Of a DNA stretch of 64,000 nucleotides, positions 40,101-52,100 are shown piece by piece. The stretch comes from Owenia fusiformis (Eukaryota). The position numbers were made by a program, and so were the translations under genes. The notes under the pieces were generated by a model. The model saw nothing but the letters and a program-made list of their open reading frames with translations. It was not told the origin of the DNA and searched no databases. Every line of letters begins with the position of its first letter. The first letter of the stretch is position 1. The stretch covers positions 16,802,001 to 16,866,000 of the forward strand of contig CAIIXF020000001.1 of the NCBI GenBank assembly GCA_903813345.2, given 5' to 3'.

Positions 40101-43100
40101 AATGATGTTGAAGATGTCATTGAGTCTAGTAATATGGTTCCAAGGACTGAAGATGTTCTCCAGAAAGGTAAGGAATAAAATCCCAGGCTTGTTTGAAATA
40201 ATCTTAGAGGATAGAATAGCTGGATCAGATATCTTGATATTGGAGATCCTACAAAACAATTTACTTATGGTTCATTTTGGAGCAATCAGATTTTTTCACC
40301 ACGTGAGCCCACTAATGGAGTCACTTTCTATGACTTGTGTTTTGCATGAATGACAAGTGTCTGTAACAATTCTTGCATTTTTATAACCATTCATAAGTAG
40401 TGATATTTTATCAGATAAATGTCTTGTTGGGATTTGGTGCTTTCTGGAATTGAACAGTTTTGAGCCAGTTGAGACAAGTAATCTTTATTAGTACATAATA
40501 CATTAAAACTTGTAGGAAAAAGAGGAGACAAAGATGCTGGGCGGATGAAAAGCAAGGATGAAAGAAAGAACCAACTGGAAAACTTAACAAAGATTGATTC
40601 ATCTATGGTATGATTAATATTATTACACTGTATCTGAAGCATAGTCTTAAGATATTTCGGTTCGGGATCTATGTTTGCACCTCATCAGATTGTTGAGAAA
40701 AGACTCTTTTGAACTATCTTGACACAAGAAAGATATCAAAAGTCTCATAGGCAGTAAAAGTCTAAAACAGCTCCAAGATTATAAGTTACCTAGTTCTAAA
40801 TCATAGAAATTTAACAAATACTCTTTAAATGGAGGTTTTAGTTATTCTTTGAATCCCTGTTTTATGAAATTTTTTGTCCTTTTCCAATGACTTTTAAGTT
40901 TTCTGGAAAATGCAGGGCTCAGTCCCAAAATGGCATAATGAAAAATCTTTGAGAATTGATTTACTCTTTCATTGATCACACAATTTAGGTTAAATCACAA
41001 TCTAATGTGCATGTCAACAAGATCATCTAGTTGCAAGCAAATGGAACTTTGTATTCATAAAGTTTGAAATGTTGGAGAAATTAAAAAATAAAGTAACTTA
41101 TCCATTTCTCCAAGTAAAGATATGATATTCTGGCACAACCAAAACTACGAGTGTCATCTATTAATCCATTTATATAGCAAGTCTTCTTGTAATTGTAATA
41201 TATAAATTGTAGGTGTACAAGAAGCTAAAGAGAGAAGTAGTGAAAGGTCTGGCAGAATGGCATCCTGATGTGGTAGCAAAAGAACTTGCAAGATCTAAAG
41301 CATTATGTATGTATATATTTATTTTTCCCTTGCATGTACTAATACCAATACAATATTTACACACATGATATAATAATCATAATATTTGATGCCAATATAA
41401 TATACAAATATAATAGTTCAAGTAATAATTCAATACAAAAACACACAATAGGCTTACATGTATTCAACTCAATTCAATCCATACATGTATTCAAGCAAGA
41501 TTTAGATCTGTACTCCAAATGTTTTATTTTATCAATACTTGTGAAATGTACAAACATTTTGTAGCTGCTTTTGTATCAGTAAAACTGAAAATAGCACTTT
41601 ATAGACACACCAGGTACCAGGTAGCAGTATAAAAAAAACTCAGAACCATTCTCTCATATTTTTACTTATGTTACAACTGTTTTTTGACTGACATTTTATC
41701 AAGCTTTGTCTTGACTAATATTTGGATCCTTCAAAAGAGTTTGCACAAATATCTTTAACTATGAGAAAATGAACCAATCTTGTTCACTCTATTATACCTT
41801 TCATTTGGTGTTCATGAGCAACCAATTTGGTTTATTAGTAATGATTATGTTATTTGTTTTTATGTGTCTGTTCCTGATTAATGGTTTATTATCCCATCGA
41901 ACGAAGTTCGGAGGGATATAGGGAACGCCTCCGTCCGTACGTACGTCCGTCCGTCAGTCCGGGCAATAACTCAAATACCGTTGGCCCGATTTTGTTCATA
42001 TTTTGTACACATATACCCTATGGGGTTAGAAGTTCTGCTTGAAAGCCGATTTTCAAAATGGCCGCTCATTTCAAAATGGCGGCCATTTTAGTGCCGATTT
42101 TACAGTAATTTAGGTGCAATATGTAAAACTGTAATAGCAATATGTTTTAAATGTAAAAAAATTATAAAGGGCATTAATAATGCTACAAATGTAGATATTA
42201 AAGAAGCACATGGCAGCCATCTTGAAAAATGGCGGCCTTTACTCGTCATATTACGATTTTTGCTATAACTCAAAAAATAGTGGAGCGATTTTGTTCATAT
42301 TTGGTATGTGAATACTATAAGCATTGGACATTGTGTAAAGACACTTTTGGTAGAAGGCGGCCATTTTGAAAAATGGCCGCAATTTTGAAAAATGGCTGCC
42401 ATTTTAACGTATTTTACTATAACTCGAAAAGTAGTGGAGTGATTTTGTTCATATTTGGTATGTGTATACTATAAGCATGGCACACTGTCCTATGACACTT
42501 TGGGTAGAAGGCGGCCATTTTGAAAAAAATTTTGAAAAATGGCCGCCATTTTAACATATTTTACTATAACTCGAACAGTAGTGGAGCGATTTTTTCATAT
42601 TTGGTATGTGAATACTAAAAGCATAGCACACTGTCCTATGACACTTTTGGTAGAAGGCAGCCATTTTGAAAAAAATTTTGAAAAATGGCCGCCATTTTAA
42701 CATATTTTACAATAACTCGAAAAGTAGTAGAGCGATTTTGTTCATATTTGGTATGTGAATACTATAAGCATGGTACACTGTCCTATGACACTTTTGGTTG
42801 AAAAATGGCTGCCATTTTAACGTATTTTACTATAACTCGAAAAGTAGTGGAGCGATTTTGTTCATATTTGATATGTGAATACTTTAACCATGGCACATTG
42901 TCTAATAAAACTTTGGGGACTCGTCGGCCATTTTGAAAAATGGCCATCATTTTTATGTGTGTTATTTTACAAGTACGTGTGCGATTTTTCAAAAATTTTA
43001 GAGGTGGCTACTTAAAAGCATATTATTTCTTCTGATGACAACTTGGCTAGTGAGCAACCATTTTGAAAATGGTGGCCTTTCTGGTGTGTTGTTTTATGAT

Positions 43101-46100
43101 ATTTGCTATTCGTTTGTAAAAATGCCAGCCATTTCTGTTCGATGGGATTCGCTACGCTTTGGCGTTGCCGTTGTTCTGGTTAGATGTCTGTTAGATGTTA
43201 TATGGTACTTCCAAAAATATACTAAACAATACAATTAGACAAACAGAGTATCTTATGCATTTGGTCAAAATCAACAGTGACATCTTATATCAATATTTCC
43301 CATCTTCCCATCCCATTTTCTGGGATGTCACAGAATGACCCCAAAGGGCAAACATACTTGGTATTATCTTGAGACATCTTCATTCAAGACATAACCTAAT
43401 TTTATGAAGTTATCAATGTTCTCCTATGTGTTAATAAAGTATTAGAAGATATGACTGGAAACAAGACTTCAGTAATTTGGTTTGATATATTACATATACA
43501 TGCAATGAATGATCATAAAAAACATAATGAAGAATCGGAAAACAGTATTACACAAGTTATATGCATCAGTGCATTTAGACATGGTGAAAATAATGCTTTG
43601 CTAGGTATTGCTAGACATTCTATTTCAAGATGAAATAATAGATGAGAAATCTAACAGGTACAAATAGTTTATTTATACAGAATGTTACAACTTTTGTTCA
43701 GAAGTTAAGAAAAATATCTCCCAGAAATTCAAAATGGCAGACACTTTTAATGTTTAAAATTTCTTTTTACTGCATGCCAGTTAGTCTATAACCAACAGGG
43801 TCTAAAAGGTTTTGAAAGCAAGTTGAAAAAAACTTTTTGACCTTTTTTACCTTGAGAAGGTCATTGAAAGTCAAATCTAAAGTCAGACTTAAGCTTCTGA
43901 GAACTTGTGGATGATGTTGAAATAAAAATTGGTCAATTTGAAGCAAGTTGAAAAAATACCTTTTTGACTTTGAGAAGAATACGAAAATAGTACTTGGCTT
44001 TTGGACTACGATACAGTACTCAGAGAAAGGTGATAAAAATAAGTAGCAGTGACTGGCAGATCACATGTTACCTTGATTCTTAGACTACTTATTTCACCAT
44101 CTGGAATTCTATTTTAATCAACAAATCCTCTATTTGATTCAATGATCTGTTTCCCACTTTTTGTGGTAAGGATATAGAGGAAGCTTAAAGACCTTGAACA
44201 CCCCAAATAAAACATCTTCTTCACTGTGAAAGGATATTCATCATTCACATATTTTGGGTCATAGAGAATGATCACCCTATCTTCTAATCCTTTGAATCTT
44301 TGTACGCTATCAACTGTTAAGCAACGCCCCCCTTTCGCTTTTTCTTCAGCATTTTGGACAGTTATTTGATTCATTTGTTGTAAAAATGCATCAACCGTTT
44401 TTTGGGATTGCAGGAGAACAGTTATGTCTTCTAGCTCATGTGATTCATTTTTTAGTTGTTTTAATAACCAAACCAATGCCTTGAAATTGTCTAAAGATGT
44501 TTGGCTATGAGTCTCAATTTCAACTTTTGGCCCTTGCACTCTATGTCCAATTGTGATTTCCTGCCCATATGATGTGTCTTGATATTTAACACATAGATTA
44601 TAAACCTCAACAGACATTCTCATAACCTTTGTTAGTGTTACCACTTTACACTGCCTATCTGCAACTTTGTCCTGAACTACATTACCATTGCTCATTAATT
44701 GGCTTCTGTCACAAAATACCCAAAAAGAGCCTGGAAGATTTTTTGGCTCCAGCGCTCTTGCTTGAAGTAGCTTTAGCCAGTCCTCTTCAAAATCCTGGCC
44801 TTCATCCACAAATACATGTGTGTATGTCTGCATGCGATGTATTATTTTGAGTAAAAAACTCAACTTTGGACGACTTGGATAAATTTCTGTCGCCTTTATA
44901 AGGTCCTCTTTTAAGGCTAAATCACGAACATAAGTTAATACTGTTTTTACTGTTACTTTTAGTATGGCATTGTTCCTCATATACGTGTCCAACTTTTCAA
45001 CAATTGCCATATTCCAACATAAAATCAGGACAGAGTCATCTGGGTTGAACTCCTTTATCATTCTCACCTTTAATTCCAGCAGTTGGGTCTTACCGGATCC
45101 TGCAGGCCCTTCTATGTACAACATCCTTCTAGTATCCATTAGTAGTTTCAATTGTTCCGGCGTCATCAGAAGCCACTTTTCTGTTTTAGCGGAAATAGCT
45201 GCTACAGCCTGACTCCTGGATGCTGGAGGTTTTGTTATATCTCCTGTGTACACCAAGTGTCTGATGTATATATAGCTGTAAATACAACATTGGGTTAAGG
45301 GAGCAGATTTATAGATTTGGATTCAACAGATTGAAAGTTATGACAATGGCCAGCCTTTGTGACTCTGGACATTTTGTCTGAAATGCATTGAAAGTTTGTC
45401 CCAACCTAGACCAAATATGTCTCACCTTCAACCAGAATCAGTATAGTCTGAAATTGGTTCTAAGGGAATTCTTGTGTTGTTCTAGAAGTAGTTTTAAAGT
45501 TTCAAATATTGTTACAATGAGTATCAGAAGGAGATAAATGTGTCTGTGATCCTGACTAAAAATTCAAATGTCTCAGGCCATAAAAATTATGGAAGATGGA
45601 CTAAAAATGGGTCAGGATTCAAAAAATTTGTTAAGGTTCAGAAAATCAGAATGAGTACTCGAGTCAAGTTGTACAGTAAGTGAGGCACTTATCTTCTGCA
45701 ATACTTGGTGATTTTAATAATTATTATGATATATATGACTTGCATACCTTTGAATAAGAAGCTGGAAATGTTTGTCACTCATGGGTTCCATATTGTTGGT
45801 TGTTTTACTCCACCAATCCTTAAATGCTTCATCATTTACAACATCTTTGTGCTGCAGGTAGATGTATTTTTGGTCCTGCATTGAGGCTGGCAGTAGGTCA
45901 GTATTTGGTGTTGAAGCTACCAGTTGTATCTGTAGGTCTTGTTCAACAATTCCTACCACTCTTTGGATTACTTCTCTGTGCAATTTCTCATCTTTGTCTA
46001 ATTGATTTTTGAGGTCTTTCACCTTTCTTTTTATAGGTCTACTCACTATTCTTTCCTGTTGACCAGCCACAGCTTTAACCTGTATGCAAATGACACCTCC

Positions 46101-49100
46101 TCCGTGGATTATAAAAAAGTCTGATTGTCCACTTTTATCATAATTCAAATTGAGCTTTTTTCGCTCTAGTGCTGTGAAAACATCTGTGAAATCCAGATCC
46201 CTCAATATGACCATTGGTTCATTAAGGTTTTCTAATCTTTTGTAAATGATATGTTCCGCATCATCCCCTCTTGTGAAGTCATCACGAAACTTCCTTCGTT
46301 TGGTCGCTGGTTCAAACTCCTCTCTATAGATGAACATAGGTGGAACCATCAATGGTTTTTTCTCAATTGTGAAATGTTTGTTGTAAAACATAGCTGCATC
46401 TTCATGAAACGTTTCTTTATTGTCTAAACCAAGTCGACTAGGTATAGCTTGTAAAAGATCTATTAACAAATCTATATTAAAATCCTGTCTTGTCTCTTCT
46501 GTAGCCATGATCACCCTTTTGATGGAAATAACCAAGTCTTATATACCTGAAACACATGAAAGTCATGAGGTTATTTAGACAGAAATATTGTTATTGGTAA
46601 ATTAATGGTGGGACCCTTAGTGGGATTGTTCCAGATGAGGGGAGAGGTGCTAGGATGTATGTGGTGGAAGAAATGAAACTTGTGCTATCTCTTTGCCATG
46701 CAGCCCCTGCCCTGTCTATTCAGTTACATTGACCAATTACCAACAGCTACAAAAATGATGCTGTTATTGAAATTGATACACATTGATTGTATTTTATTAC
46801 TTTATCCCAATGAAGGTCACTGGTCCAAAGAAGATGATACTAAGTTAGTCTCATCCAATATGTTGGATAAAATTCATTCAATGTTGATAAACTTTTGATT
46901 CCAGTTAATCAACTTACATCATGATCCATGTATTTGTTTTGGTTTATATCGCAGCTCAATAAGGTGTGTATTAAAGATTAATTTAATCTCAAAATCTGCA
47001 TTGAACTATACCATTGGATTTATATGGGAAATTTCTCCAAGAGAACATTCTAGGGATTAAGGAATGGGTACCATTTACACAATTTGAGAAATTATTGGCA
47101 TACATGGAACCTATTTAAAACAGCATTTTATTTTATATTATTCAAAAGAGTTTGTGATCAATGATTTCCAGCCCTCTGAAGTTTGAAAAATAACAATACC
47201 TGGGTGTTGATCTAGAGATTATTCTTGAAAATGAGAAAAGAATTGGGGGATTATATGGTGCAGTCTTATGGTCAATAACATGTTTTAAAGTGTATTGATA
47301 TTTTTTAGATGAAAAACACAAGTGAAATGCATGAAAAAACTCCCCCAATTCATTCTACAAACAACTTGCAGTTCTTTGTGGAAATTCATAGATATCTCTC
47401 TCTAATTTCTGTCTTTTATTATCTGCAGATCAAGGGTACATGGTGTATTATATTGTGGCATATACAGAGGTGTTATTGTGTAATAAACGCATTATTACAT
47501 GATGTAGAGTCACTAGAGTGTGATATATCAAATATCACCACCCTGAAAAAATATCACACTCAGCTCTGCCTCATGTGATATTTTATTCCTTGAGGTGATA
47601 TTTCGATATATATCACACTCTCCATCATGTAATAATGCTATAAGTACGAAATTCATGAAATGCTTGCCTCAGTCTTCATGTTCACAGACTTCATGTTTAT
47701 TGCATCATGCCATAACCTAAGTTATGAATTATCTTTGAAATAATCTCTAAAAGTAAGAAGAAATACATGTACTTACCTCATTTACAAAACCAAAATTCCC
47801 ATCTTCTTTGGAAGGCGCGTAAATTGTGATCTTTGTACTTTGAACCTCTACGGCTTCTCTATTTGTTTACAGTAAATCCAAATGAGAGGTCACAGCAACC
47901 CTAACTTGTGAAATTTAGTTGTAAGCCTAAATGTAACATGATCTTCAGCATAATATGTTCATGAACCTTACTATAGCTTGTTGCCTTGCAATAACCAGCA
48001 TCAAAATGGCTGCCAGTCGGGCTCAAGATACTAGTTTGTTTAAGTTAAATGGCTTAAATTTGCCCATATAGTTCAGTTAGACATTCTTAAGTCTAATTTC
48101 ACAAGATATCCTCAGTGTATCTAATTATCTATCAAAGCTTGTAATTGATGAAATCAAGAAGATTCTGATCATTGTCACTTGCTGCTAAATAGCCAGATTA
48201 ACCCGTAATTTAGGTCAACAATTTGGTGATACACTACAGGTACCAGGATACACTGCTGGTACTATTTATATTGAAATGAGCTTATTATCAAATTGCAATC
48301 AACGAGCTCGTAGCCGAAAAGTTGCATTCGTGAATACAAGTGAAGTCTTACTAGCTTGAGCTGTTGTGAGGTTATGTCAACATGCATTTTGTCTGTTAAG
48401 TGGAGATAGAGCAGGCAGGATAACACTCTATATATTCAAACATGCCCGTAGCCAGCCTTTGTTAGGAGGGGGGGGGGGCTGTAACAAACAATGCCCAGTA
48501 ATGCCAGTTATGTTATCTAATTGCCCATTCTATGTGGGGAGTAGCAGATTTTGCCCCCAATTTTTTTCAGGGCCCTTTAGGCCCTGTTCAATAGCTTATA
48601 TTGAGGGGTTCTTAAATATCAAAATAACAGTCTAAGTTCTAGTTCTTTATTCTACAGTATAAGATGTATTTTACAGTTATGTCCTATAAAGAATCACTTG
48701 ATATAATTTAGAAGTCTTAAAGTAAAACGTGAAGCTGAAGTAAGAGTGTGAAGGAAGAAGCAGGCTGAATCGTTGTGTCTCACTATTATACCTCTCATGA
48801 CATGTGAGTGGTACCTGGGTACCAAACTGGGACTTGGGATCTGAGATACAACTGGTACTTAGGACTTGGGTACTGAGTTACAAACTGGGACTTGGAAGTT
48901 GGAAGGTGTAGATACTAAAAAGGGGGGGGGGGGGTGTAAATCCTTGACAATATAGACAAGTTAATTTTGACTGTTTATCAAAAGAAATTGGCACTATTAC
49001 ATTATACATACATACATACATATATACAGTATATATAATACATATATCACCAAATGTTACCTTCTCCCTCATTATAGAAAGAAAAAAGGTAGATCCACAT

Positions 49101-52100
49101 TTTTATGAGATATCAACGAGGTTAAATGAGCCCCCATCCCCTGGATACGGGGCTGATAAGTGATTTGAAATCTCATGTTGACATCCTAAACCTGATATTA
49201 CAGGGTGACCCCAAAAAAATGCAACCCTCCATTTCTTCAATATTTTTCTTAAGTGGAGGTTAATTGCTCTGAAATTTGGCACACAAGGACTTCATTCAAT
49301 GTGGGATCCTCTGGCAAAGTTTCAATAATCATAGTCTTATATTGATAGAGTTATGGTCGTTCCAAAATATGCTCCAAATGTCGTCCATTTCCAATATTAG
49401 GTTTTCGGATGAATCACATTCCCTTCTTTCTGAACATGCAAACTCAAGAAATAATGTGTTCTAGGATCACAAATTCCAGATGAAGTGCTTCAAAGGCCCG
49501 TTCATTCTGTTAAATGCACAGCTTGGGCTGCCAATTTCCAAACATGAAATCATTAGCCCCTTTTGGTTTGAGGTTGATAATGGCAACACTGTTACTGTTA
49601 ACACACAGCGCGATATTGGCGTTCCAAGGAAGTTCTAGGCAGTTCTAGAGTGACATAGAGGCTTCAATAGACAAGAACAGTGGTTCTAGAAGGATGGCGC
49701 TACTCCTCACACTTCTAATGATAGCATAGCCTGGCTAATATGTATATTATTGAGAAAGCACAAAGGAAACATTTAAAAACCTGTAAAATAATGAATAGAT
49801 ATAACCTAAAAAGAAAAAATGAAATGAAATTCATGACTCATTTTGTACTATAACTACAGTAAAACCTGCGAACAGGGAATGCTCTTGGGACTGGAGGAAC
49901 GTTTCCTTGTTCAGAGGTTTTCCCTATAGAGAGGGGCCACACTTTCAGCAAACTCAAACTTGCCGAATAAGCATATTTGTATATGCATGTAAAGAACTGA
50001 ATTTCAAGTTTCATCAACCCCATTTTATATCATTGATAAACTAGAAGTTTGGATCAGTAAAAGATTTAAAGAGATTTGGCTCAACATGACACATGTACTT
50101 ATCTGTTATCTCCATAAAAAATTGTGTCAGTCCCTAGATTATTTATGTTTGTTGAAAAGAAGAATTAGTGTCATGATAATAAGTAACAGATTAGTATTAG
50201 TTATCCCATCGAACGAAGTTCGGAGGGATATAGGGAACGCCTCCGTCCGTCCGTCCGTCCATCCGTACGTACGTACGTACGTACGTCCGTCCGTCCGTCT
50301 GTCCGTCCGTCCGGGCAATAACTCAAATACTGTTGGCCCGATTTTGTTCATATTTTGTACACATATACCCTATGGGGGTAAAAGTTCTGCTCGAAAGCCG
50401 ATTTTCAAAATGGCCGCTCATTTCAAAATGGTGGCCATTTTAGTGCCGATTTTACAGTAATTTAGGTACAATATGTAAAACTGTAATAGCAATATGTTTT
50501 ATGTGTAAAAAAATTATAAAGGACATTAATAAAGCTACAAATGTAGATATTAAAAAAGCACATGGCAGCCATCTTGAAAAATGGCGGCCTTTACTCGTTA
50601 TTTTAAGATTTTTGCTGTAACTCGAAAAGTAGTTGAGCGATTTTGTTCATATTTGGTATGTGAATACTATAAGCATGGCACACTGTCCTATGACACTTTC
50701 GGTAGAAGGCGGCCATTTTGAAAAAAAATTTGAAAAATGGCCGCCATTTTAACATATTTTACTATAACTCGAAAAGTAGTGGAGCGATTTTGTTCATATT
50801 TGGAATGTGAATACTATAAGCATGGCACACTGTCCTATAACACTTTTGGTAGAAGGCGGCCATTTTGAAAAATGGCCGCCATTTTAACGTATTTTACTAT
50901 AACTCGAAAAGTAGGGGAGCAATTTTGTTCATATTTGGTATGTGAATACTATAAGCATGGCACACTGTCCTATGACACTTTTGGTAGAAGGCAGCCATTT
51001 TGAAAAATGGCTGCCATTTTAACGTATTTTACAATAACTCGAAAAGTAGTGAAGCAATTTTGTTCATATTTGGTATGTGAATACTATAAGCATGTCACAT
51101 TGTCTAATGACACTTTTGGTAGAAGGTGGCCATTTTGAAAAATGGCTGCCATTTTAACGTATTTTACTATAACTAGAAAAGTAGTTCAGCGATTTTGTTC
51201 ATATTTGGTATGTTTCATATTTTATATGTTAATACTATAAGCATGGCACATTGTCTAATGACACTTTGGGTAGTAGGCGGCCATTTTGAAAAATGACCAC
51301 TGTTTTTACTATAACTTGAAAAGTAGTGAAGCGATTTTGTTCATATTTGATATGTGAATACTCACGAGCCTTGCACACTGTCTCATGACACTTGGATAGT
51401 AGGCGGCCATTTTAAAAAATGATTTTATAGGTGGCTACTAAAAGCATATTATTTCTTCTGATGACAACTTGGCTAACCATTTTGAAAATGGTGGCCTTTC
51501 TGGTGTGTTGTTTTATGATATTTGCTATATATTTCGTTTGTAAAAATGCCAGCCATTTCTGTTCGATGGGATTCGCTACGCTTTGGCGTTGCCGTTGTTC
51601 TGGTTTTAAAATAAATCAAGGTAATTAACAGTGGGTGGGATGCTACATCTTGTAAACAATTGGCTTATCTTAATCTCATTCATATTAATCCAAGCTTTTT
51701 AGAATCATATATTGGCTTAAGACTTCCACACCTGGAAGTCTTAAACAATGGAATATACAGTGTCATCAATATTCAATATTCCTTGTTCACAGGTGAATTT
51801 TCATACTTTGCCCCAAAATAGTGTTCCTTGTTCCCTGTTCACAGGTTTTCCCTACAGAGAGGGTCCGTTAACATGTAAGGCAACGGAAGAATATTTGTTT
51901 ATTTTGAAATGCATTCCTTGTTCATAGGTTTTCCCTACAGAGAGGTATTCCATCGGACAGGTTTTACTGTAGTTACAATAATCTTGATTTGACTTTTTAT
52001 GTCACCAACACAAGTGGTGACATATTATGGTGACATACTGTTATAGTCTCCAACTTTTTTATGGATGGTGTTCAGGGTTTGGTTCAGTTGTTGGGGTTTG

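Noticed and set aside
44114-46535. Bacterial contamination or an operon of two separate genes
   Set aside because: The ORFs are joined by a canonical in-frame GT-AG intron, base composition matches the host, and the flanks are host repeats and exons.
50086-50460. ORFs with SVRP/TDGR repeats (also at ~60.0 kb and ~62.4 kb)
   Set aside because: Translations of the (CGTC)n microsatellite of non-coding HINE-like elements.
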